64,000 bases of DNA from Burkholderiales bacterium (lineage in GTDB: Bacteria; Pseudomonadota; Gammaproteobacteria; Burkholderiales; SG8-41): assembly GCA_026125585.1 (NCBI GenBank), contig JAHCLD010000001.1:1433-65432 (forward strand), read 5' to 3'. How positions within the stretch are numbered: position 1 is the first letter of the stretch; each line of letters starts with the position of its first letter. The translations under genes and the position numbers were made by a program. Positions 29,635-37,867 of this stretch are shown in pieces. The notes beneath the pieces are model-generated. The model saw nothing but the letters and a program-made list of their open reading frames with translations, ran no database searches and had not been told where the DNA came from.

Positions 29635-31341
29635 ATGGGCCGTCCTGAAAAAATCCGTCTTGGCGAAATCCTGGTCCAGCAGAAATTGCTGACCGAGGAG
29701 CAATTGAAAAGCGCCCTCGAGGAGCAGAAAAAGACCGGGCGCCGCCTCGGCCACGTGTTCATCGAAAAGGGCTTCATCACCGAGGAGCAGATTTCGAAGG
29801 CGCTGGCGCGCCAGCTCGGCGCGGCCTACATCGACCTCAAGCATTACAACATCAAGCGCGACGTCATCGCCAGGCTGCCGGAAACCCAGGCGCGGCGTTT
29901 CCGCGCCATCGTGCTCGAGGACAGGGGCCATGCCTACATGGTCGGCATGGCCGATCCCACCGACCTGACTGCCTACGACGAGATCGCGCGCGTGCTGAAG
30001 CGCGACATCGACCTGGCGGTGGTCACCGAGACCGAACTGCTGCGGGTGATCGACCGCAGCTATCGCCGCACCGAGCAGATCGCCGGGCTGGCCCAGGAGC
30101 TCGAAGCCGACATCGGCGACTCCGGCGCCGTCGATTTCGGCGCCCTGGCGACGACGCCGGGCCTCGAGGAAGCGCCGGTCGTCAAGCTGCTGCAGACCGT
30201 GTTCGAGGACGCCACCCAGGCGCGGGCGTCCGACATCCACATCGAGCCGCAGGACAAGCGCCTGCAGATCCGTTTCCGCATCGACGGCGTGCTCCATCTG
30301 CAGACGGAGACCGATGGCAAGATCGCGTCTGCCGTGGTGCTGCGCCTGAAGCTGATGTCGGGCCTGGACATCGCCGAGAAGCGCATGCCGCAGGACGGCC
30401 GCTTCGCGATCAAGGTGCGCAACAGCGCGATCGACGTGCGGATTTCGACGATGCCCACGCAGTACGGCGAATCGGTGGTGATGCGCCTGCTGAACCAGGG
30501 CAGCGGCATCCTCGGCCTCGACAACATCGGCATTCCCGCGGACATGCTGGCCAAGGTGCGCGAGGTCATCCACCGCCACAGCGGGATGATCCTGGTGACC
30601 GGCCCCACCGGCAGCGGCAAGACCACCACGCTGTACGCGGCCCTTAACGAACTGAACACGCCGGAGCGCAAGATCATCACCGTCGAGGATCCGGTCGAAT
30701 ACCGCCTGCCCGGCATCAACCAGGTGCAGGTCAACGACAAGATCGAACTGACCTTCGACCGCGTGCTGCGCTCCGCGCTGCGCCAGGATCCGGACGTGGT
30801 GCTGGTCGGCGAGATGCGCGACGAGCAGACCGTGGAAACGGGCCTGCGCGCGGCGATGACCGGCCACATGGTGTTCTCCACGCTGCATACCAACGACGCG
30901 TCGAGCACGCCGATACGGCTGCTCGACATGGGCGCGCCGCGCTACATGGTCGCGCTGTCGCTGCAGCTGGTGATCGCCCAGCGCCTGGTGCGGGTGATCT
31001 GCGAAAGCTGCATCGAGGATTACGAACTGCTACCGAACGAGCACGAATTCCTCCGCAGCGAACTGGGGGACGAGGTCGACCGCCATGTCTACAAGCGCGG
31101 CCGCGGCTGTTCGCACTGCAACGGCACCGGCTTCAGCGGCCGTACCGGCGTTTATGAAATGCTGGAAATGTCCAAGCCCGTGGTCGAGGCGGCGAACCAG
31201 GAGGACATACAGAAGTTCATCCAGGTCGCGCGCCAGCAGCTCGCCGGGCGCACCCTGCGCCACCATGCCGCGCAGATCGTCGCCGCCGGCAGAACCACGC
31301 CGGACGAGGCGATGCGCGTCAGCAGCCAGCTCGCCGACTGA
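29635..31341 (+). CDS. mshE: MSHA-type pilus extension ATPase (GspE family with N-terminal MshEN-like domain)
   Basis: N-terminus RLGEILVQQKLLTEEQLKSALEEQKKTGRRLGHVFIEKGFITEEQISKALA. Walker A GPTGSGKTT. Tetracysteine CESC...CSHC. Confidence 0.9.
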   Translation: MGRPEKIRLGEILVQQKLLTEEQLKSALEEQKKTGRRLGHVFIEKGFITEEQISKALARQLGAAYIDLKHYNIKRDVIARLPETQARRFRAIVLEDRGHAYMVGMADPTDLTAYDEIARVLKRDIDLAVVTETELLRVIDRSYRRTEQIAGLAQELEADIGDSGAVDFGALATTPGLEEAPVVKLLQTVFEDATQARASDIHIEPQDKRLQIRFRIDGVLHLQTETDGKIASAVVLRLKLMSGLDIAEKRMPQDGRFAIKVRNSAIDVRISTMPTQYGESVVMRLLNQGSGILGLDNIGIPADMLAKVREVIHRHSGMILVTGPTGSGKTTTLYAALNELNTPERKIITVEDPVEYRLPGINQVQVNDKIELTFDRVLRSALRQDPDVVLVGEMRDEQTVETGLRAAMTGHMVFSTLHTNDASSTPIRLLDMGAPRYMVALSLQLVIAQRLVRVICESCIEDYELLPNEHEFLRSELGDEVDRHVYKRGRGCSHCNGTGFSGRTGVYEMLEMSKPVVEAANQEDIQKFIQVARQQLAGRTLRHHAAQIVAAGRTTPDEAMRVSSQLAD

Positions 31342-31346
31342 CGCCG

Positions 31347-32573
31347 ATGCCGTTTTTCGCCTACAAGGGACGCAACGGCCGCGGCGAGGCCGTGCAGGGC
31401 GTGCTCGAAGGCGCCGACAGTGGCGCCATCGCCGGGCAGTTGTTCGGCCTCGGCATCACGCCGCTGGAGATCAAGTCGTCGGCGCCGCCGAAATCCGGTG
31501 GCGGCCTGAAATTCGGCTTCGGCAGGAAAAAAGTCACCCACACCGAGGTGCTGCTGTTCAGCCGGCAGATGTACACGCTGCTCAAGGCCGGCGTGCCGAT
31601 CATGGGGGCACTGAAGGGCCTCGAAGAGTCCACGTCCAATCCGCAGTTCGCCGAAGTCGTGCGCGACCTGCGCGAGAGCCTGGACACCGGGCGCGAGCTG
31701 TCGGTGTCGCTGGCGCGGCATCCCGAAGTGTTCAACCAGTTCTACACCTCGATGGTCAGCGTCGGCGAGCAGACCGGCCGGCTGGAGGAGGTGTTCCTGC
31801 GCCTGTTCCACCACCTCGAATTCGAGAAGTTCATGCGCGAGCAGGTGAAGTCGGCGATCCGCTATCCCAGCTTCGTGGTGGCGACGATGGCGATCGCGAT
31901 CGTGATCATCAACATTTTCGTGATCCCGGCCTTCGCCAAGGTCTATGCCGGCTTCAAGGCCGAACTGCCGCTGATGACCAAGGTGCTGATCGGATTCTCG
32001 AATTTCATGGTCGAGTACTGGCCGTACCTGCTGGGTGGCCTCGTCGTCGCGTTTTTCGGCGCGCGGGCCTGGGTCAACACCGCCGCCGGACGCATGACCT
32101 GGGACCGGCTGAAACTGCGCATCCCCATCGCCGGCGCGATCATCCAGAAGGCGACGCTGGCGCGCTTCGCGCGCAGCTTCTCGCTGGCCTTCCGCAGTGG
32201 CGTGCCGGTGACCAGCGGCCTCGGCATGGTCGCCAACACCGTGGAGAACGTCTACATCAGCGAGCGCATCGTGCGCATGCGCGAGGGCGTGGAACGCGGC
32301 GAGTCGGTGCTGCGCACGGCGCGCGATGCCGGCGTGTTCACGCCGGTGGTGCTGCAGATGATCGCCGTCGGCGAGGAATCGGGCGCGCTGGACGACCTGA
32401 CCGGGGAAATCGCCGACCTCTACCAGCGTGAGGTCGAGTACGACCTCAAGCACCTCAGCTCGCAGATCGAGCCGATCCTGATCGTGCTGCTCGGCATCCT
32501 GGTGCTGATCCTCGCGCTGGGCGTGTTCCTGCCGATCTGGGACCTGGGCACGGCCGCGACCGCCAAAAAATGA
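31347..32573 (+). CDS. mshG: type II/IV secretion platform protein (GspF family)
   Basis: 408 aa. Two GspF repeats and three TM segments. Directly follows the ATPase. Confidence 0.9.
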   Translation: MPFFAYKGRNGRGEAVQGVLEGADSGAIAGQLFGLGITPLEIKSSAPPKSGGGLKFGFGRKKVTHTEVLLFSRQMYTLLKAGVPIMGALKGLEESTSNPQFAEVVRDLRESLDTGRELSVSLARHPEVFNQFYTSMVSVGEQTGRLEEVFLRLFHHLEFEKFMREQVKSAIRYPSFVVATMAIAIVIINIFVIPAFAKVYAGFKAELPLMTKVLIGFSNFMVEYWPYLLGGLVVAFFGARAWVNTAAGRMTWDRLKLRIPIAGAIIQKATLARFARSFSLAFRSGVPVTSGLGMVANTVENVYISERIVRMREGVERGESVLRTARDAGVFTPVVLQMIAVGEESGALDDLTGEIADLYQREVEYDLKHLSSQIEPILIVLLGILVLILALGVFLPIWDLGTAATAKK

Positions 32574-32577
32574 CGGC

Positions 32578-33093
32578 ATGAGCCGGAACGGGAGACAGCG
32601 GCAGCGCGGCTTTTCGTTGCTGGAACTGGCGGTGGTCGCGGTGGTGCTGTCGGTGCTGCTCGGCGTTTTCCTCGAACGGCTGACGTTCTATCAGGAAGCG
32701 GCGGAGCGCGCGCGCTTCGAGGCCACGCTGCAGATCTACAAGACCGCCCTGCAGATCCGCCTCGCGGAACTGATCCTCGAACGCAGGGAAGGCGAGGCCC
32801 GCGCGCTGGAAGTCGAGAATCCGACACGCTGGCTGTCGGAAAGGCCGACAGATTACGGCGGGAGCTACCCGGCGCGGCCGGAGCCGGGCACCTGGTATTT
32901 CGAGGAGGGCACGCGGGAACTGGTATATGTCGCCAACTCGGCGCGGCGGCTGGCGGTGGAGCCGCGTAACGGCATGAAACAACTGCGTTTTGCGGTGAAA
33001 GTGGTCTATCAGGATGTGATTGTCAGCGGCCGGCCGATCCACAGCGTTGCGGGCATCGGCCTGCAACCCGCGGTGGCCTACCGATGGCCATGA
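32578..33093 (+). CDS. mshF: MshF-like protein with prepilin-type N-terminus
   Basis: [17 protein letters not shown] class III signal. Position after mshG. Confidence 0.6.
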   Translation: MSRNGRQRQRGFSLLELAVVAVVLSVLLGVFLERLTFYQEAAERARFEATLQIYKTALQIRLAELILERREGEARALEVENPTRWLSERPTDYGGSYPARPEPGTWYFEEGTRELVYVANSARRLAVEPRNGMKQLRFAVKVVYQDVIVSGRPIHSVAGIGLQPAVAYRWP

Positions 33094-33111
33094 CTGGGGC
33101 CAAAATTACCC

Positions 33112-33127
33112 TGGCACTACTTTTGCT
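33112..33127 (+). promoter_or_regulatory. sigma-54 promoter upstream of first pilin gene
   Basis: TGGCAC-TACTT-TTGCT, 43 nt upstream of the ATG at 33170. Confidence 0.75.
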
Positions 33128-33169
33128 GTATTATCAACAAGATGCTTCGTAATTCGTGAGAAAAATCAC

Positions 33170-33649
33170 ATGAACAAACGCTACCAGAACGGTTTCACGC
33201 TGATCGAACTGATCGTGGTGATCATCATTCTGGCGATCCTGGCGGCGACCGCGCTGCCGCGGTTTGCCAACCTGCAGGTGCAGGCGCGCATCGCCAAGCT
33301 GAACGGCGCGCTGGGTGCCATGAAAGGCGCTTCCGCGCTGGCCCACGCGGCCTGCCTCGCGACCACGCCGCAATGTACGACGCCTCTGGTGATGGAAGGG
33401 GTCAATGTGACGATGATCCATACTTATCCGACGGCGGATGCCGGAGGCATTGTCACCGCCGCAGGCATCAACGCAGGCCCGAATTCTGATGACGGCTACA
33501 ACACGGAACTCGGCGGTCCGGCGGCCGGCGCGACCCTGCGCATGATGGTCATGGGCAATAACCCGCAGACCTGCAGTTTCACGTATACGGCGCCGACGGC
33601 GCCCAATACGTCGCCGACGTTCAGCCCCTTGGACACGTCGGGCTGCTGA
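33170..33649 (+). CDS. mshB: type IV pilin (MshB position)
   Basis: [32 protein letters not shown]. Cys pairs and a C-terminal Cys. Confidence 0.8.
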   Translation: MNKRYQNGFTLIELIVVIIILAILAATALPRFANLQVQARIAKLNGALGAMKGASALAHAACLATTPQCTTPLVMEGVNVTMIHTYPTADAGGIVTAAGINAGPNSDDGYNTELGGPAAGATLRMMVMGNNPQTCSFTYTAPTAPNTSPTFSPLDTSGC

Positions 33650-33663
33650 AGCGTACACCATGC

Positions 33664-33679
33664 TGGCATGAAGGTTGCA
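33664..33679 (+). promoter_or_regulatory. sigma-54 promoter upstream of second pilin gene
   Basis: TGGCAT-GAAGG-TTGCA, 64 nt upstream of the ATG at 33743. Confidence 0.75.
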
Positions 33680-33742
33680 ACACGTTTTTTTGCAGGATTT
33701 TCCAAACCCGGTTTTAACAGACAGAAAGAGAAGGAGAGGACC

Positions 33743-34141
33743 ATGAAACAGCAGCGCGGTTTTACACTGGTGGAACTGATTGTCGTGATTGCCATTCTGG
33801 GTATTTTGGCGGCGACGGCGCTTCCGCGATTCATCGATGTCAGCACTCAGGCGAAATCCGCGGCCGCTGACGGCTTGGTCGGCGCCATCAATGGCGCGGT
33901 CGCGCTTTGCCAGGCGCAATGGGTTGCTGCGGGCAGCCTTGCCGCAGGCGGGTGCACCATGGGCGGCGGTGCGGTGACGGGAGTCAGCGGCATTCCGACC
34001 GCAGATGCGGCGGGTATTGGCGCGGCGATCAATGTCAGCGGGTTCACCCAGGCGGGAGCCGTGTTCTCGCTGACTGCGGATACAGACTGCCAAGTCACTT
34101 ACGCCACTGCCGCGCCCCACGCGACCAAAGCGGGCTGCTGA
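33743..34141 (+). CDS. mshA: type IV pilin, probable major subunit (MshA position)
   Basis: [45 protein letters not shown]. Followed by a terminator. Confidence 0.8.
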   Translation: MKQQRGFTLVELIVVIAILGILAATALPRFIDVSTQAKSAAADGLVGAINGAVALCQAQWVAAGSLAAGGCTMGGGAVTGVSGIPTADAAGIGAAINVSGFTQAGAVFSLTADTDCQVTYATAAPHATKAGC

Positions 34142-34194
34142 TCGAACCGGAGCCGGACAGGCGGATTCGTCTGTCCCGGCCCGGCTGTAAAACG

Positions 34195-34231
34195 GGGGGG
34201 CGTAGCGCCTTGCTACGCGCCCCGTTTTTTT
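34195..34231 (+). terminator. rho-independent terminator/attenuator after mshA
   Basis: gggg-g-gcgtagc / gcctt / gctacgc-g-cccc stem followed by T7. Sits inside the operon before the minor pilin genes. Confidence 0.65.
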
Positions 34232-34241
34232 GGGAGACGGC

Positions 34242-34691
34242 ATGGCCATGAAGACGGGGGGTTTCACGCTGGTGGAACTGGTGGTCACGATCGGGATACT
34301 CGCAATCGTTGCCGCAGTGGCTGCCCCTCGCTTTTTCCAGGCCAGTACTTTCCAGTCCCGCGGTTTTTACGACAAGTCGGCTGCGGTAATCCGGCTGGCC
34401 CAGAAAACCGCGATTGCCTGGCGGCGTCCGGTTTTCGTCTGCGTCACGGCGGCGCAGGTCAGTGCCGGCACCGCATCGGGCTGTGGCGTGACGCTGACCT
34501 ATCCGGTGAATGGCGCGGCGGCCGCGGAAAATTCGCCGCCGGGGGTCACGCTGAATGCGGTCGAATTCAGCTTTGACGGGCTGGGCCGTCCCAGTGCGGG
34601 CGCGAACATTGTGTTTACCAGCACCATTGCCGGCGATCCCGCCCGGCAGATCACGGTTGCCGCCGAAACCGGTTATGTCCTGGCCAACTGA
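34242..34691 (+). CDS. mshC: minor pilin (MshC position)
   Basis: MAMKTGG/FTLVELVVTIGILAIVAAVAAPRF. Confidence 0.7.
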   Translation: MAMKTGGFTLVELVVTIGILAIVAAVAAPRFFQASTFQSRGFYDKSAAVIRLAQKTAIAWRRPVFVCVTAAQVSAGTASGCGVTLTYPVNGAAAAENSPPGVTLNAVEFSFDGLGRPSAGANIVFTSTIAGDPARQITVAAETGYVLAN

Positions 34692-35280
34692 AACAGCGGC
34701 CTCCGGTCATGGCTTTGCCGCAGGCACCGGCAGGCGCATGCACGGTTTTTCGTTGGTGGAACTGGTGGTGTTCATTGCCATCATCAGTGTTGGCCTGGCC
34801 GGCATCCTCGGCGTGATGAATTTCACCACCCGCGCCAGCGCTGATCCGCTGGCACAGAAGCAGGCGCTGGCGATTGCCGAGGCCTATCTCGAGGAAGTGC
34901 TCGCGATGCCTTTTACCTATTGCGATCCGGACGACGCCAATGCGGCGACGGCGCAGAGTGTGTCGGGTTGTGCGACTCTGGTCGAGGGGCTCGGTCCGGA
35001 ATCTGGCGAGTTGCGTGGCAGCGGAACCAATCCGTACGACAACGTCAACGATTACAACGGCCTCGCCGGCGTGCCGGCGAACATCGACGGCACGGCCATC
35101 GGCGGGCTGGGCGCTTATCAGGTCGCCGTGGCCGTTGCGCCGGCGAACCTCGTGGCGAACACCGCGACGGTGCCCGCCGGCACCAGTCTGCGGGTGACGG
35201 TCACGGTCACCGGGCCGAACGGCGTGACCGCGGTCCTCGACGGCTATCGCACCCGTTATGCACCCAACGCGCTGCCCTGA
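34675..35280 (+). CDS. mshD: minor pilin (MshD position)
   Basis: Prepilin cleavage motif RRMHG/FSLVELVVFIAIISVG. Start ambiguous (34675 with a 24-aa leader, or 34738). Confidence 0.6.
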   Translation: MSWPTETAASGHGFAAGTGRRMHGFSLVELVVFIAIISVGLAGILGVMNFTTRASADPLAQKQALAIAEAYLEEVLAMPFTYCDPDDANAATAQSVSGCATLVEGLGPESGELRGSGTNPYDNVNDYNGLAGVPANIDGTAIGGLGAYQVAVAVAPANLVANTATVPAGTSLRVTVTVTGPNGVTAVLDGYRTRYAPNALP

Positions 35281-35286
35281 CCGCCG

Positions 35287-36090
35287 ATGAACGCGATGCG
35301 CAAAACCGGAGGCGTCACCCTGGTCGAACTGATCGTGGTGATCGCCATCACCTCGATCATCGCCGCGGTGGTCGCGGTGTTCATCCGCCGTCCGGTGGAG
35401 GGCTATGCCGACGCCGCGCGCCGCGCCGCGTTGACCGACGAGGCGGACACCGCGTTGCGGCGCATGACGCGCGATCTGCGGCTGGCGCTGCCGAACAGCG
35501 TGCGCGTGAATGGTGGCTTCGTCGAATACATCGAGACGACCGGCGGCGGGCGTTATCGCGCCGAGCCCAATGACCTGGGTGGTGGCAACGTCCTGGATTT
35601 CAGCGCGGCGGACACCGCATTCGACGTCATCGGTCCGGTGCCGCCGCTCGCCGCGGGCAACCATATCGTGGTGTACAACCTGTACAGCGGGGGCACGGTG
35701 TCGAATGCCTATTCCGGAGACAACCGGGCGGCGTTTACCAGTCTGGCCGGTTCCACTGTCAACATCGCATCGACGCTGTTTCCGGAACCGTCTCCGGCGA
35801 AACGCTTTCATGTCGTCAGCGGCCCGGTGACCTACGGCTGCGTTGGCGGGCAGCTCCTGCGTTACTGGGGCTACGCCTATAACGTTGCGCAGATCGCGCC
35901 GCCCACGGGCGGCAGCAGCGCAGTGCTGGCCGGCAATGTCGGCGAATGCCAGTTTGTCTACACGCCCGGCGCGCTGACCGAGCGCATCGCGACGGTATCC
36001 ATCATCCTGCAGATCGACAGCACGCCGGCGGCTGGCGGTCTCGAACGGATACGCATGTTCCAGCAGGCCCAGGTGGACAACGCGCCATGA
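35287..36090 (+). CDS. mshO: minor pilin-like protein (MshO position)
   Basis: [28 protein letters not shown]. Confidence 0.7.
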   Translation: MNAMRKTGGVTLVELIVVIAITSIIAAVVAVFIRRPVEGYADAARRAALTDEADTALRRMTRDLRLALPNSVRVNGGFVEYIETTGGGRYRAEPNDLGGGNVLDFSAADTAFDVIGPVPPLAAGNHIVVYNLYSGGTVSNAYSGDNRAAFTSLAGSTVNIASTLFPEPSPAKRFHVVSGPVTYGCVGGQLLRYWGYAYNVAQIAPPTGGSSAVLAGNVGECQFVYTPGALTERIATVSIILQIDSTPAAGGLERIRMFQQAQVDNAP

Positions 36091-36584
36091 AAATCAGGTC
36101 ACTCATCTCTGTCGCGCGCATGCGCGGTTTCAGCCTGGTGACCGGGATCTTCCTGCTGGTCGTGCTGTCGGCGCTGGGCGCGTTCATGGTGATGTTCACC
36201 GGCCTGCAGCAGAACACGGTCCAGGTCGATATCCTCGGCGTGCGCGCCTATTACGCGGCCCGTGCCGGACTGAACTGGGCGATGTACCGGGCGCTCGATC
36301 CCGATAATCCCAGCGCGACTGCGGCCGCCTGCCCCGTCGGCACGATCGCGCAGGGTGCCCTCGCCGGTTCGCTGGCGCCATTTTCGGTGACCGTGGAATG
36401 CGAGCCCTTCGATGCCACCGAAGCGAACCGGAACATCCGCGTGTACCGGATCACCGCAACCGCCTGCAATCAGGCGGTATGCCCCGGCACACCCGGCAAC
36501 GCCTACGTGGAGCGCCGCGTCGTCTCGACGCTGGCGAAGTGCAAGGATCCCTCGGCGCCATCGCCTTTCGAGTGTGGATTGTGA
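36087..36584 (+). CDS. mshP: pilin-like protein lacking Glu5 (MshP position)
   Basis: ATGA overlap with mshO. ARMRG/FSLVTGIFLLVVLSALGAFMV. Confidence 0.6.
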   Translation: MKIRSLISVARMRGFSLVTGIFLLVVLSALGAFMVMFTGLQQNTVQVDILGVRAYYAARAGLNWAMYRALDPDNPSATAAACPVGTIAQGALAGSLAPFSVTVECEPFDATEANRNIRVYRITATACNQAVCPGTPGNAYVERRVVSTLAKCKDPSAPSPFECGL

Positions 36585-36621
36585 AAATATTAAATAAAAA
36601 CAAATATTTATATAAATCTCC
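36583..36621 (+). repeat. AT-rich box copy C
   Basis: gaaaatattaaataaaaacaaatatttatataaatctcc. Begins inside the mshP stop codon. Confidence 0.8.
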
Positions 36622-36769
36622 TGGACGGTGTGGACCGCACCCGATCCTGCGACCCGGGAGAACGCTGATCGATGCTCGCGGATTGATCGCGGCCGGATGA
36701 ACCCTTGGCGACCTGCGATGGATGGGCATGGCAGGTCACCCGGACAGCAGACGGATTTCGACACATGCC

Positions 36770-37867
36770 ATGTTGAATCACCGAAAAATACCGCATTCTG
36801 GATATAAGCCGGATTGCCTTGAGCAGGTGGCCGGCATTTTCCGTGCTGGCATCCGGCTCGTATTGCCGTTTCTGGTGTGGGCGCTGTGTTCCACGCCGGC
36901 CTGGGCGCAGTGCACCAACTGCACGACGACCACGGTGGGCGGCGACACAGTCCACACGTTCATCGCGAACGGCACGTTCACGCCGCCGCCCGGTATCACC
37001 GCCGTGCGATATCTGGTGGTCGGTGGTGGCGGCGGCGGCGGCGGCGTCTTTAACGATACGAATGTTGGTGGTGCCGGTGGTGGCGGCGCGGGCGGCTACC
37101 AAGCTGGTACTGGGTTCACGGTCACTCCTGGGACGCCTTATGCCATTACCGTTGGTACCGGCGGGACCGCTGGCGTCGGCAACACGAGCCAAGGCGGGAG
37201 CGGCGGTTCTTCGATTTTCTCGACGATTACGGCGCAAGGCGGTGGTGGCGGCGGATCGGCCGGTGTCAGCAACAACGGTGTCAACGGCGCATCCGGTGGC
37301 GGCGGGCGTGTTGGCATTGCGGGTGGGACTGGGGTTGCCGGGCAGGGCAATAGCGGCGGTAGCGGCTATGCTTCGGGTGGCGCGGGCGGCGGCGGCGGCG
37401 CGGGTGGTGGCGGCGCCAACAGCGGCGGCACTGCGGGCGGCGGCGGCGGTAACGGTACCGCCAACGACATTACGGGTACGAACCTGACCTATGCAGGTGG
37501 CGGCGGTGGTGGTGGCTACGGGGCGACGGGTGGCGCGGGCGGTGGCGGCGTTGGTGGCGCGGGTGCCGGCACGCCGCGGGCTGCCGGTTCGCCGGGAATG
37601 GCAGGCCGCGGCATGCGGCGGCGTCGGGCAGTGCCGCCGAGCGGCGCGGCGCAGTGGTGTGGCGACTCGGGCGTGTCGTCGTGCGGTGAGCGCCTGTCGG
37701 GCGCTTTGCGGTTGCCACGGGTAACTGGAATGCGACCAGTACTTGGAGCGCTACCGGTTGCGGCGGTGCGGCCGGCGCGTCGGTGCCTGCGGCAGGAAGC
37801 GATGTCACGATTTGCAACACGCGCACGGTTACGCTTAACGCGAATACTACGAGCCTTGCCAGCCTGA
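36770..37867 (+). CDS. secreted poly-glycine-domain protein (3' part after about 37570 looks out of frame; possibly the N-terminal module of the following MshQ-like gene)
   Basis: Signal peptide ...LVLPFLVWALCSTPAWA/QC. GTFTPPPGITAVRYLVVGGGGGGGG followed by ~180 aa of G-rich repeats. The tail becomes Arg-rich (RGMRRRRAVPP...). Confidence 0.5.
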   Translation: MLNHRKIPHSGYKPDCLEQVAGIFRAGIRLVLPFLVWALCSTPAWAQCTNCTTTTVGGDTVHTFIANGTFTPPPGITAVRYLVVGGGGGGGGVFNDTNVGGAGGGGAGGYQAGTGFTVTPGTPYAITVGTGGTAGVGNTSQGGSGGSSIFSTITAQGGGGGGSAGVSNNGVNGASGGGGRVGIAGGTGVAGQGNSGGSGYASGGAGGGGGAGGGGANSGGTAGGGGGNGTANDITGTNLTYAGGGGGGGYGATGGAGGGGVGGAGAGTPRAAGSPGMAGRGMRRRRAVPPSGAAQWCGDSGVSSCGERLSGALRLPRVTGMRPVLGALPVAAVRPARRCLRQEAMSRFATRARLRLTRILRALPA

